DNA from: Ascoidea asiatica JCM 7603
Lineage: Eukaryota; Fungi; Ascomycota
DNA length: 64,000 bases
Direction of reading: 5' to 3'
NCBI GenBank assembly: GCA_001600695.1
Contig: BCKQ01000005.1
Coordinates: forward strand, 859,820 to 923,819
Positions 36,973 through 49,542 of this stretch are shown one piece after another. The notes under the pieces were generated by a model. That model saw only the letters and a list, made by a program, of their open reading frames with translations, did no database searches and was not told the DNA's origin. Every line of letters begins with the position of its first letter. Within the stretch, counting starts at the first letter, position 1. The position numbers and the translations under genes were made by a program.

Positions 36973-38310
36973 ATGTCGGATCTTAATTCTTTATTAAATT
37001 GGTTTGAAGAAAATAATATACTTATTCATCCAGATATTAAATTTATATCAAATTCAAAAGGTAAAATTGGTTTATTTGCTCAATCTGATTTAAATCCATC
37101 AAATCTACTACTATCCTTTCCTCCTCAAGAAGAAGATGATGATAATGATCATATTCAAGATGATAATGACTCACATTCAAATACAAATAACGACTTACAA
37201 GATAATTCAAGCAAACATTCAGATGAACATTCAGATAAGAATTCAAAAGAAGATATGGAAGACGATCTAGAAAATGATGAGGACGAAGAAGACGACAACG
37301 AGGACATGTATCAACCTTTGATAAGAATACCAAAATCTTCTATATTCACTGCAAATAATTCATTAATCTCAAACTTATTATTCGATGAAAATATTCATGG
37401 AATCATTGCTTTAGTTTTAGCTTTTATTTATGAATATTATAATTCTTCAATAAATTCTCCATGGTATCCATTTTTAAATTTCTTTTTAAATTATAATTTT
37501 AATTATAACAGTAATTATAATTATGATTCAAATACTAACTTTAAATCAAATAAATCTGATATTTATGAATTTTTTATTCAAGCAAAAAAATTTTCAATTA
37601 AAATGAATAAATCAAATAATATTAAAATTCCATTAATTTTAAAAATTAATAATATTAAAAATCAAAATTTCTTTTATAAAATTGTTTCAAAAATTGAATA
37701 TAATTTTTTTAATATTGATTCATTTCATGAAATTGGTTTAGTACCTTCTTTAGATTTAATTACTCAAGTCTTTAATCAATTTAATTCAAATTCTCATTTT
37801 CAATCAATTTATGATGTTTGTAATAAATGTGGTGAATTTATTGAAGATTGTGATCATATTCAAGATAAATCTATCACAACCACTAATAATAATAATCATG
37901 AAATAAATGATGAAGATCAAGATAATGACCAAGATAATGATGACCATGATGACCATGATGATGTAATGACTGATCATTGTTTATCAAATACAACTATTGA
38001 TACTGAACATGAAAGTGAACATGAACATGAACATGAAAATGGAAATGAACACGAGACTGAAAATAATGATTCTGAAATCACGAATGAATTTATTAATAAA
38101 ATTGATAATGATTTAAAAATTGAAAATCAATTAATTAAACAAGATGAAATTAAAAATTTGAATTATATTAAAAATATTTTAAATTCAAATTTACCAAAAT
38201 ATCTATTAGATTATAATGAAAAAAATAAATTTGATCCAATTTTACCTGAACAATGTTGTGATATAATTTTAGATAAAAAAATTTTAAAAAATGATGAAAT
38301 TTTTATCTAA
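36973..38310 (+). CDS. RKM3: SET-domain ribosomal lysine methyltransferase Rkm3-like, degenerate and C-terminally truncated
   Basis: IRIPKSSIF...ISNLL, LAFIYE...SPWYPFL, FNIDSFHEIGLVP, HFQSIYDVCNKCGE...CDH insert; ends at DEIFI*. Confidence 0.7.
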   Translation: MSDLNSLLNWFEENNILIHPDIKFISNSKGKIGLFAQSDLNPSNLLLSFPPQEEDDDNDHIQDDNDSHSNTNNDLQDNSSKHSDEHSDKNSKEDMEDDLENDEDEEDDNEDMYQPLIRIPKSSIFTANNSLISNLLFDENIHGIIALVLAFIYEYYNSSINSPWYPFLNFFLNYNFNYNSNYNYDSNTNFKSNKSDIYEFFIQAKKFSIKMNKSNNIKIPLILKINNIKNQNFFYKIVSKIEYNFFNIDSFHEIGLVPSLDLITQVFNQFNSNSHFQSIYDVCNKCGEFIEDCDHIQDKSITTTNNNNHEINDEDQDNDQDNDDHDDHDDVMTDHCLSNTTIDTEHESEHEHEHENGNEHETENNDSEITNEFINKIDNDLKIENQLIKQDEIKNLNYIKNILNSNLPKYLLDYNEKNKFDPILPEQCCDIILDKKILKNDEIFI

Positions 38311-38698
38311 TATAATAATATTTAATAATATATAAATGCTATAATGACCCTCTAATTTTAATTGCTTTTTTTTTTTGGCTGTTTGTTCTTTTTTTTACTT
38401 TTCCTTTTGATTTTTCTTTAACTTTTTTTTAAACTTTTCTTTTTTTTTCTAACCAAATGAGTATTCTTTGATCCTTTTATAGTTATATTAACTTTATATG
38501 ATCGTAAACTCATAAAGATTCTAAATAAAAGAAATCAAAAAATAAAAAAAAAAAAAAAAAAAAAGTTTATGAAATTGAAAAATTATAATTAATTATTAAA
38601 GTACAAAAAATATATTTCAGCTATAATTTAGCTAATAAATAATAAAAATTAATAAAAATTAATAAAAATAATAATGAATTGAAACTAAAAAAAATAAT

Positions 38699-39763
38699 TT
38701 AACGTAAGAAATAATTATATTTACTATGTTGTGCTCTATCATCATTTTGACCACCAGCTTTAAAATCCCATTTGATTTCAATATCAAGTTCTCTTTGATT
38801 AATTTTATTTGGTCTGGAAGCTAAAGATCCTTTAATTTTTTCACCTTTTCTAACACTTAAAACTTGATCTAAATAAAATACAGTTTGTTTCCAATGTGTA
38901 TAACGATGATGTGGTGATGTTGAAAATCTAACTTCATTTTTAAATGAATCTGATGGAAAAATAATATCAAACCATACAACCCAAGCATGAACATAATCAT
39001 CTCTTGTTGCAGTTAAAGTAAAATTTTTATGAAATGCTAAATCTTCAATTTTTACAGTATTAAGATCAAATTCAATCATATTATATGAATTTGTAACTTG
39101 TTGTTTTGATTCAACTGTATCAACTAATGGTTCTGCCATTGCAACTTCAATAAATGGTGAATAATCAAAACCATAAACATCTTCCCAAAAATTAATTTTA
39201 TCATCTTTATATTGAGCATCTTCAATAGCAGCAATATGAATTGAAGCTTTATCTGGAAAAATTAAACCATCTTTTTTTAAATATTTATCTCTTGCAACTA
39301 AAACAGTATCTAACATTGACTCATATAACAAAAAATAACCCATCCATTCAGAAATTATAATATCAACTTTTGGATATGGAAGTTCAACATCTTCTAATTT
39401 TCCTTTTAAAAGTGTAATTTTATCTTCTAAACCATTTAATGAAACAATTTTTTCTGCCATTCCAATAATATTTGACATATCAACAGCAATAACATGTTTT
39501 GCACCTGCTCTAGCTGCGAACATTGAAAGAATACCAGTACCACAACCAACATCTAAAACAATTTTATCTTTAAATAAATCTTTGTTTTTATAAATTGCTT
39601 GTCTATAAGATAATGTTCTTACATTATCTTTCAACATTTCTTCATGAATTCCAAAATGATCATAAGAAGAAAAATAATGTTGTTCTGTAAATGGAAGTTT
39701 GGCATTATCTGTGGCAGAATCCAAATGGTTTTCCAAATGGGCTTCGGTATTACTTTCAGACAT
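38699..39763 (-). CDS. HMT1: Type I protein arginine methyltransferase
   Basis: YFSSYDHFGIHEEMLKD, VLDVGCGTGILSMF, IISEWMGYFLLYE, THWKQ. Confidence 0.97.
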   Translation of the reverse strand: MSESNTEAHLENHLDSATDNAKLPFTEQHYFSSYDHFGIHEEMLKDNVRTLSYRQAIYKNKDLFKDKIVLDVGCGTGILSMFAARAGAKHVIAVDMSNIIGMAEKIVSLNGLEDKITLLKGKLEDVELPYPKVDIIISEWMGYFLLYESMLDTVLVARDKYLKKDGLIFPDKASIHIAAIEDAQYKDDKINFWEDVYGFDYSPFIEVAMAEPLVDTVESKQQVTNSYNMIEFDLNTVKIEDLAFHKNFTLTATRDDYVHAWVVWFDIIFPSDSFKNEVRFSTSPHHRYTHWKQTVFYLDQVLSVRKGEKIKGSLASRPNKINQRELDIEIKWDFKAGGQNDDRAQHSKYNYFLR

Positions 39764-40401
39764 TCTAGAAAGATATTAAAGCTTAGTAGAAATAAAATAT
39801 CAATGAATTTTAATATTTAATATTGATTTTTCACTTAATGATTTTTTCTTTTTTGTTTATTTTCGTAGTTTTTTATTCCTTTTCAAATCTGAGATAAAAA
39901 AACTTGGCCCATGAAAAAAAAAGATTTTTTTTTTCATGAAAATTTAAATTTTCCACGATCTCGAAATCCGCAGCACGGAAAAGTTTAGATTTGGGTTGGT
40001 AAAACCTAAATCAATCTGAATCTATTAAGGAGACTTGAAGAAAGAGTAGCTAAAACCACTGTTTTCAACGTTATTTCTTTCAATTTTTTTTTTAAAAATA
40101 GATGGGATATTTTGGCTAATAATATCATTGTAAATTTGCTAAAAAACAATTAAAAAATAAAGTTTGTTTCCAGTATCTTCGAAACCGCGGATTCTGCCCG
40201 CGGATCCAAGGCTTATTGTTTTTTTCAATCCCAAAACTGAAGCTTCAGAAAGAAGCAATTTCAAAAAAGGTCAATAATAAAAAAATGGATTTGGATTAGT
40301 AATGAGCTTCTTTCATCATTATTGATCAATTAAAGTCTATTTCAGATTCAGAAACTGTTGATTATATTGCTACCAGTGGTTGAATTCAGTACTTTTACAA
40401 A

Positions 40402-43400
40402 ATGCCAAAAGGAAGAAGAAAGGGGGTGACCAAAACATCTAGTTCAAAACATTCTCATACGACTGTTAAGGATGAAGCATTTAATGATTTATTACAACAA
40501 AAATATAAAGGAAAAGATATATGTGATCCAATAAATACAGCCGAAGATAAATGGAATCTTTTACCTGCTTTTTTAAAAGTCAAAGGTTTAGTCAAACAAC
40601 ATCTTGATTCTTTTAATTTCTTTGTTGATATTGATATGAAAAAAATTATAGAAGCAAATCAATATATTTTTAGTGATGTTGACCCAGATTTTTATTTGAA
40701 ATATGTTGATATAAGAGTTGGTCAGAAATCAATTAGACAAACTTCTTCCAAATTCACAAATAAGAAAGCTAAACAAGTACCTCCAAAAGAAATTAATAAT
40801 CCTCCCCATGAATGTAGACTACGAGATTTAACTTATTCAGCTCCAATATATGTTGATATTGAATATACTAGAGGTAGAAAAATTATAATGAATAGAGATC
40901 TTGAAATTGGTAGAATGCCAATTATGTTAAGATCTACTCGATGCATTTTAGAAGGTTTAACTGATTCTAAAATGGCTAAATTAAATGAATGTCCCAAGGA
41001 TCCTGGTGGATATTTTATTGTAAATGGTGTTGAGAGAGCTATTTTAGTTCAAGAACAATTATCTAAAAATAGAATAATTGTTGAATCTGATGAAAAAAAA
41101 AATATAGTTCAAGCTTCTGTTACTTCTTCTACTCATGAAAGAAAATCAAAAACATATATTGTAACTAAATATAATAAAATTTATTTGAAACATAATTCTA
41201 TTTCTGAAGAAATTCCAATTGTTATAGCTTTAAAAGCTTCTGGAATAATTTCTGATTTAGAAATTTTACAAATGATTTGTGGTGATGATATTAATTATCA
41301 AGATATTTTTGCAATAAATTTCGAAGATCCTTTAAAAATGAATATTTTAACTCAAAAAGATGCTTTAGAGTATATTGGTCAAAGAGTTAAATCAATTAGA
41401 CGATTTAATGCTCCAAGATTAACTCCAATACAAGAAGGTATTGAATGTATTGCAAATACTATTATTGCTCATATATCTGCAGAAAATGGTTTAGATTTAC
41501 GTGAAAAGGGACTTTATATGGCAATTATGACAAGAAGAGTTATAATGGCCATGCATGATTCCACTATGGTTGATGATAGAGATTATGTTGGTAATAAAAG
41601 ATTAGAATTAGCTGGTCAATTAATGTCACTTTTATTTGAAGATTTATTTAAAAAATTCAATACAGATTTCAAAAATAATATTGATAAAGCTTTAAAGAAA
41701 TCAAATAGAGTTCATGAATTTGATCCTTTATTATCTATAAGTGTTTATTCAAATTATATTACAAGTGGTTTAGCAAATTCAATTTCAACGGGTAATTGGA
41801 GTTTAAAAAGATTTAAGATGGAAAGAGCTGGTGTTACTCATGTTTTAAGTCGATTATCATATATTTCAGCCTTAGGTATGATGACTCGTATTTCATCTCA
41901 ATTTGAAAAATCAAGAAAGGTTTCTGGTCCAAGAGCTTTACAACCTTCACAATTTGGTATGTTGTGTACCTCAGATACACCTGAAGGTGAAGCATGTGGT
42001 TTAGTTAAAAATTTAGCTTTAATGACACATATTACAACGGATGATGAAGAAGAAACTGTAACTGAATTATGTTTAAATTTAGGTGTTGAAGACATAAGAT
42101 ATGCTGATTATAATTCAATATTTATGGGAAATAATTATGGAATATATATTAATGGTAGTATAATTGGTTTAACAAAATTACCGAAAAAATTTTTAAGAAC
42201 ATTTAGAAAATTAAGAAGAAGTGGTAAAGTATCCCCATTTATTTCAATTTATGCAAATCTGTATCAACGTGCAATTCAAATTGCAACAGATTCTGGTAGA
42301 ATTTGTAGACCTTTAATAATAGTTGATAAAAATGGAAAATCTAAAGTTAAAGCAGACCATTTAAGAAAATTAAAATTGGGGGAATGGGAATTTGATGATT
42401 TTTTAAAAAATGGATTAGTTGAATATTTAGATGTTAATGAAGAAAATGATTCATTTATTGCACTTTATGAAAAAGATTTAGTTGTTGGAGATACAACACA
42501 TTTAGAAATTGAACCATTTACAGTTCTTGGAGCAGTTGCAGGATTAATTCCATATCCACATCATAATCAATCACCAAGAAATACATATCAATGTGCTATG
42601 GGTAAACAAGCTATTGGAGCAATAGCATATAATCAATTTAGAAGAATTGATACATTACTTTATACAATGTGTTATCCACAACAACCTATGGTTAAAACTA
42701 AAACAATTGAATTAATTGAATATGATAAATTACCTGCAGGACAAAATGCAACAGTTGCAGTTATGTCATATTCAGGATATGATATTGAAGATGCTTTAGT
42801 TTTAAATAAATCATCAATTGATAGAGGATTTGGTAGATGTCAAACATTTAGAAAAGAAACAATACTTTTAAAAAGATATTCGAATCATACAAAGGATATT
42901 ATTGCAGGTGTTAGAGTTGATGATAATGGAGATCCAATTTGGGAACATGGTACATTAGGACGTGATGGATTATCAGAAGTTGGATTAAGAATTAAAAGTG
43001 GACAAATATTTGCAAATAAATCAGTACCATTAAATACAGCACCAGGTACAGGTACAAGTACAGAATATAGAGAATCTCCACAAATTTATAGAGCTCCTGA
43101 ACCGAGTTATATTGATCAAGTATTATTAACAGAAACAAGTGGAGAACAACCATTAATTAAACTTTTAATGAGACAAACAAGAAGACCAGAACTTGGAGAT
43201 AAATTTTCTTCAAGACATGGACAAAAAGGAGTTTGTGGTATAATTATAAATCAAGAAGATTTACCATTTAATGATGATGGTATATCACCAGATATTATTA
43301 TGAATCCACATGGTTTTCCATCACGTATGACAGTTGGTAAAATGCTTGAATTAATATCAGGTAAAGCAGGGGTTTTGAATGGTACATTAGAATATGGTAC

Positions 43401-43914
43401 ATGTTTTGGAGGATCAAAATTAGAAGATATGTCAAAAATTTTAATTGATAAAGGATTTAGTTATTCAGGTAAAGATCAATTATATTCAGGTATTACTGGA
43501 GAATGTTTACAAGCATATATATTTTTTGGGCCAATTTATTATCAAAAATTAAAACATATGGTTATGGATAAGATGCATGCAAGAGCAAGAGGACCAAGAG
43601 CAGTTTTAACAAGACAACCAACAGAAGGTAGAAGTAGAGATGGAGGATTAAGATTAGGAGAAATGGAAAGAGATTGTGTTATAGCATATGGAGCATCACA
43701 ATTATTATTAGAAAGATTAATGTTATCATCAGATGTTTTTGATGTTGATGTTTGTAATAAATGTGGATTGATGGGATTTCATGGATGGTGTAATACATGT
43801 AAAAATAGTGAAGAAGTTATAAAAATGAAAATGCCATATGCAGCAAAATTATTATTTCAAGAATTATTATCAATGAATATAGCACCAAGATTAAGATTAG
43901 GAAATGCATTTTGA
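40402..43914 (+). CDS. RET1: RNA polymerase III second-largest subunit C128
   Basis: [49 protein letters not shown]. Confidence 0.98.
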   Translation: MPKGRRKGVTKTSSSKHSHTTVKDEAFNDLLQQKYKGKDICDPINTAEDKWNLLPAFLKVKGLVKQHLDSFNFFVDIDMKKIIEANQYIFSDVDPDFYLKYVDIRVGQKSIRQTSSKFTNKKAKQVPPKEINNPPHECRLRDLTYSAPIYVDIEYTRGRKIIMNRDLEIGRMPIMLRSTRCILEGLTDSKMAKLNECPKDPGGYFIVNGVERAILVQEQLSKNRIIVESDEKKNIVQASVTSSTHERKSKTYIVTKYNKIYLKHNSISEEIPIVIALKASGIISDLEILQMICGDDINYQDIFAINFEDPLKMNILTQKDALEYIGQRVKSIRRFNAPRLTPIQEGIECIANTIIAHISAENGLDLREKGLYMAIMTRRVIMAMHDSTMVDDRDYVGNKRLELAGQLMSLLFEDLFKKFNTDFKNNIDKALKKSNRVHEFDPLLSISVYSNYITSGLANSISTGNWSLKRFKMERAGVTHVLSRLSYISALGMMTRISSQFEKSRKVSGPRALQPSQFGMLCTSDTPEGEACGLVKNLALMTHITTDDEEETVTELCLNLGVEDIRYADYNSIFMGNNYGIYINGSIIGLTKLPKKFLRTFRKLRRSGKVSPFISIYANLYQRAIQIATDSGRICRPLIIVDKNGKSKVKADHLRKLKLGEWEFDDFLKNGLVEYLDVNEENDSFIALYEKDLVVGDTTHLEIEPFTVLGAVAGLIPYPHHNQSPRNTYQCAMGKQAIGAIAYNQFRRIDTLLYTMCYPQQPMVKTKTIELIEYDKLPAGQNATVAVMSYSGYDIEDALVLNKSSIDRGFGRCQTFRKETILLKRYSNHTKDIIAGVRVDDNGDPIWEHGTLGRDGLSEVGLRIKSGQIFANKSVPLNTAPGTGTSTEYRESPQIYRAPEPSYIDQVLLTETSGEQPLIKLLMRQTRRPELGDKFSSRHGQKGVCGIIINQEDLPFNDDGISPDIIMNPHGFPSRMTVGKMLELISGKAGVLNGTLEYGTCFGGSKLEDMSKILIDKGFSYSGKDQLYSGITGECLQAYIFFGPIYYQKLKHMVMDKMHARARGPRAVLTRQPTEGRSRDGGLRLGEMERDCVIAYGASQLLLERLMLSSDVFDVDVCNKCGLMGFHGWCNTCKNSEEVIKMKMPYAAKLLFQELLSMNIAPRLRLGNAF

Positions 43915-44080
43915 TTAATGATTGAAGGTCAAAATTCGATTTGAATTGAATTGAATTAAATTGAGTTGAATAAGTAAATAAATAAATCTATATATGTATA
44001 TATATATATGTGAAAGTGAACAAATAATTAAATGAATAAAGAAATGAGAAATAAAGTAATATAAGTGAAGATTTTAGTTA

Positions 44081-44700
44081 TTAAGAAGGAGGTAATTTTG
44101 ATTTATTTTCATAATGTGGTTGTTTTTCATAAGCATTTGGACTTGAAGGCCTTTTAATTTTTGAAATTTTATTATTTTCACTATTATTTAGGTCTCTCTT
44201 ATCAGAATTACTAAAATCATTTTGACTATTATCATGGTTATGATTATGATTACATTTGTTATTATGTTTATCATGAGATTTAGGTAAATTATTATTTCTA
44301 TTCAAAATTTCTTCATAATCAGAATCAGAATCAGAATTTGAATCCGAACTTGAATCTGAACCAGAATCTGGGGTACCGTCGAAATCTCTTTGAGGATGAA
44401 ATATGCAGCATACTATTATATAAAATAATGTTAATATATGAAAACTTATGGTTAAATTGAATAAAATTGAATAAGTTATAGAATATACATACTTTTTGTC
44501 TTTTTTTTATTCATATGTTCGTTATCTACAGTTTCCTCAGCCCATGATACATGAGGTCTTGTAGGAGTATTTCTTCTTATTGAATCAGCAGTGGCGTTCG
44601 AGTTATGTCTGAGAATCAAATGAGGAGCATCATCAGAATGCTGCTGAATTGTTATTGTCGAAGAAGAAGGTAGAGTTTGTTCTCTTGTTTGATAAGGCAT
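44081..44700 (-). CDS. YPI1: PP1/Glc7 inhibitor-3; 2 exons (44700-44493, 44412-44081), 179 aa
   Basis: Splicing yields [29 protein letters not shown] (RVxW and CCIF motifs); C-terminal SPNAYEKQP. Confidence 0.93.
44413..44492 (-). other. Spliceosomal intron (80 nt) in YPI1
   Basis: GTATGT donor, TATTAAC branch (44436-44430), TAG acceptor; phase 1. Confidence 0.9.
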
Positions 44701-45174
44701 TGCTATTGTTATGTATAATTGACTTGATTTAGTTGAATGAATATGAATTAAAATGGGAGTAATAATAATAGAAGTAGAATAAAGATTGTTTCGATTTTTG
44801 CTGTTTTATAAGCAAGCAAGGAGAAGAAGATGATCAACAAAAGAGGAAGAACAGAAGAAAAGAAGATGGTGCACCAGACGAGACTTCTCCGGCAGCAGCA
44901 ACACCGCCACATTAAGATCCGACAGCACCGCCACTCAAAAAAACGGATCGCAAGGCTTGAAAAATTAAGAAGATCCGTTAGTTTGGTCTCATTTGTATTT
45001 TTTGGGTTTTATTACTAATTGTAATTTCAATTACTAATAGATCTATTATCTATCAGCAATAGATTATATAAAGACAAAGATAGATAATTATAATAAAGAT
45101 AGAAGAATTAGAAGAAATATAATAGATAGAATTATCAATCTACTCAATTACTTCGATTGAAGCATAAAATCAAA

Positions 45175-46488
45175 ATGAATTCAATTTTTTTTGGGTATGA
45201 AGCCTTGAATAGAGTTTCTTTCTTGAGAAATGATTTAAAATTCATAAAATCATGTATTGAATTCAATGGAACAAAATTAATTTTTTTAAAAAATTTAAAT
45301 CCAATTTTAATTGCAACAAATTTTAATAAAGATAAAAATGATAAATATATTAAAGATATGAAAAATATTAAAAATTTAGAATTGTTTAAATTAGATATTA
45401 ATAAAAATTTAAAAATTAAAAATTATTTATCAAATTGGAATAATTTACATATCAATTTATCAAATTATATTTTAAATGATCAAAATAATTCAAAAGAATA
45501 TTTAAAAATTAAAAATGATTTATTAAATTATTCAAATATTTTATTCTTAGGTCTTGATGATTCAACTAATTTAGATAATAGCTCAAAAAATAACTTTATA
45601 TATAATAAAGCTTATAAAGGTATACCATATTTTGCAATTGATATTACAAATAATACTTTTTTGAATAATGAAATTAAAGATATTTTATTAAATACAAATC
45701 TTGATAGTAATCATTTATATCTTGATGATAATAATGAATTTATTGGTAATAAATTTAATTTCTTTGATCATTTAAAATTTTTAAATAACTTTAATGCTTC
45801 AATATTTTCTCAATCAAAAATGTATTTTGATTGGTTAAATAAAAATAAATTTTGTTCATCATGTGGTAATAAAATAATTTCAATAAATTCAGGTAATAAA
45901 TTATTTTGTACAAATGAGATTAAGGAAAATTGTTTAGAAAAATCAAAAAAATTTTCAAATTTATCATTTCCAAGAATTGATACTGCAATTATAACTTCAA
46001 TAACAAATTTTAAAAATGATAAAATTTTATTAGCAAACAATAAAAAATTTCCATCAAGAAAATTATATACAAATATTGCTGGTTTTTTAGAACCTGCAGA
46101 AACTTTAGAATCTTGTATAAAAAGAGAAATTTGGGAAGAAACAAATATTATTTCAAATAAAATTATTATTAATATTACTCAACCTTGGCCATATCCTGCA
46201 ACTTTAATGGTTGGTTGTATAGCATTTGTTGAATTTAATAATAATGATGAAATTATTAACCTTGGTCATGATCCTGAATTATATGATGCTAAATGGTTTG
46301 ATTGTTCATTTATTAAAGAATTAATTGAAAATAGAAAAAAATTGGAATCCTCAAAAGATGAAAATGAAATTGAATTGCTCAAATCCAAAACTGAAAATGA
46401 AATTATGTTGCCTCCAGTTGGTACAATTGCCTTTGAATTGATTAAAAATGTAGTTTATGGAAACTATCATAATTCAAATCATCTGTAA
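45175..46488 (+). CDS. NPY1: NADH diphosphatase (Nudix, NudC/NUDT12 family)
   Basis: LNRVSFLR, FCSSCG zinc motif, FPRID, Nudix box AGFLEPAETLESCIKREIWEET, TQPWPYPATLMVGC. Likely ATG at 45175. Confidence 0.93.
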   Translation: MNSIFFGYEALNRVSFLRNDLKFIKSCIEFNGTKLIFLKNLNPILIATNFNKDKNDKYIKDMKNIKNLELFKLDINKNLKIKNYLSNWNNLHINLSNYILNDQNNSKEYLKIKNDLLNYSNILFLGLDDSTNLDNSSKNNFIYNKAYKGIPYFAIDITNNTFLNNEIKDILLNTNLDSNHLYLDDNNEFIGNKFNFFDHLKFLNNFNASIFSQSKMYFDWLNKNKFCSSCGNKIISINSGNKLFCTNEIKENCLEKSKKFSNLSFPRIDTAIITSITNFKNDKILLANNKKFPSRKLYTNIAGFLEPAETLESCIKREIWEETNIISNKIIINITQPWPYPATLMVGCIAFVEFNNNDEIINLGHDPELYDAKWFDCSFIKELIENRKKLESSKDENEIELLKSKTENEIMLPPVGTIAFELIKNVVYGNYHNSNHL

Positions 46489-46777
46489 TAAATAGTTCTA
46501 ATTTATCATTTATATCATTTATGTCATTTATCATTTATATTAGTTACCTCAGGTTATATTATATAAATAAGAAGCCCCATAAAACTGGCTTCTTTTTTAC
46601 AATTATTTCATGTCAAAAGCCGAGAAGCCCAAAAAATGCAGCCCACGGCAGTACCGCCAATTCGGTTTCGTGTCTAAATTTAGAAATAATCAAAATGTAC
46701 AAAGGGCTAAATATTACTAATGTTAATGTTGTTTTTTTGTTATTGTTTTTAATGAGCATTTCTTCTTCAAACAGTCT

Positions 46778-47105
46778 TGAAACAATATGATAAAATGTTA
46801 AAATGATAAAATGATTAGATTAAATATTATGGTAATGTAATGTAATACGGTAAAAGATAATTTACTCAATGTTTTTAATATTCACCAGTTAATCAACTCC
46901 TTTCTTTGCCTTAGTTAGTTAATTACTTCATTAATTGATTAATCTCTTTGAAAAGTATATTATTATTATTACAAGTAATAAAATGTTAAAAACTTGAAGT
47001 TTTCTGATTTTTTTTTTTTTTTTTTAATCTAACTGTATTTTTTTGTATTAAGGTTATATATTTTGAGAAAAAAGCTTAGAGATTATTTGGAGATTATTTG
47101 TTTCA
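46778..47105. promoter_or_regulatory. Two Ste12-type pheromone response elements upstream of the MAPK gene
   Basis: TGAAACA at 46778-46784 and TGTTTCA at 47099-47105. The motif is AT-rich, so chance occurrence is possible. Confidence 0.4.
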
Positions 47106-47531
47106 TTAATAATTGAATCCTGTTAATCTTGAATTTTAAAAGGAAGTTAATTTATCAATTTAAATAATCGAAATTTGAAAATTAGTTATTAGAAATTAAT
47201 AATTGTAAATCTAAATTGAAAATTGTAAATCTTTAATAGTTAATTTACTTTTTTTTTACATTTAGTTTTACATTTAGTTTTAGTTTTAGTATTTATAAAA
47301 GTATTGACAACTACAGTAGTATTTATTAATGTTAGTCAATATTTGTATTTTATTTAAAATATTTTAAAATTTTATGATTGTTTGTCATTTTCAAAAAAAA
47401 TTATTATAATAAATAGATAATATTTATCTTTTTTCATTATTTATTTCTTTTTTTCTTTAATTCTTTCTTTCTTTTCTTTTATTCTTTATTATATTTCATA
47501 TCAATTCATTATATTAATATAAAGTAAATGA

Positions 47532-48602
<1,071 letters not shown>

Positions 48603-49092
48603 TAGAAACTAAAAAGTTAAAAATTAAAAATCAATAAACATTAAGTCATCTTATTATCATTTTATCTATAATTATCATTATCTTATCATTATCATTATCA
48701 TTATCTTATCAATATCATCTTTTATCGTCTATAATATAATAATACAATAATAATGTAAGTTAATATACTGAGTAGTAGTTTTACAATAGAGAAGACCCAC
48801 AACCACGGCGATTATAGTCACGTGGTATGCTCCTGTAGCAATTTCAAATTTCAAATTTCAAAATAACCCTGAAGAAATCACCGGCACCAACAAGAACAGT
48901 GCTGTAGCACAGTCAGTGGTGGTAATCGTAGCAGAAGTAGCAGAAGTAGCAGCAGTAGCAGCAGAAGAACCACTGTTTTTGTAACTCGGTGGTTGATGTT
49001 ATTTGACACTGACTGATTGCTGGTAATAATCACTGGAATAACACATCAATTAAGACTTAACTTCACTTGACTTACTTACTTACTTTGCTAAA

Positions 49093-49542
49093 ATGTCTGT
49101 GACTGCTGCTGGGTTCAATGCTGAAGAAGCTGATAATCTCGAAGATATCGAAAAACAATTTGCTGTCAAAGCAGTACAACAAGCTGAAGTATTTTGGAAC
49201 TTACTTACAAAAATCCCAGGTTCAAAATTAAAATTAACAAAATATGATGATGAATTATATGATGCTTTAATTAATGAATTTCCAGAATATAAAAATAAAG
49301 ATTATCTTTTAAATATTGATGAAAATGATTTAAAAAATCATAAATCAAAAGAAAAATGGAGATTATTTATTAAAAATTTTGAAAAAAAAATTCAAGATTA
49401 TAATTTTGGTACTTTATTAAGAACAAATTCAAATTCAGAATATGATCAACATGGTACTATTTTCGTCTTAAGAGTTCAATTTTATTGTATTGAAATTTGT
49501 AGAAATAAATATGGTCTTAATGATTGGATATCCAAACAATAA
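49093..49542 (+). CDS. CHP1: PBDC1/Ypl225w family protein (eEF1A chaperone Chp1)
   Basis: ADNLEDIEKQFAVKAV, LKLTKYDD, DYNFGTLLR, RVQFYCIEICRN. Confidence 0.92.
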   Translation: MSVTAAGFNAEEADNLEDIEKQFAVKAVQQAEVFWNLLTKIPGSKLKLTKYDDELYDALINEFPEYKNKDYLLNIDENDLKNHKSKEKWRLFIKNFEKKIQDYNFGTLLRTNSNSEYDQHGTIFVLRVQFYCIEICRNKYGLNDWISKQ

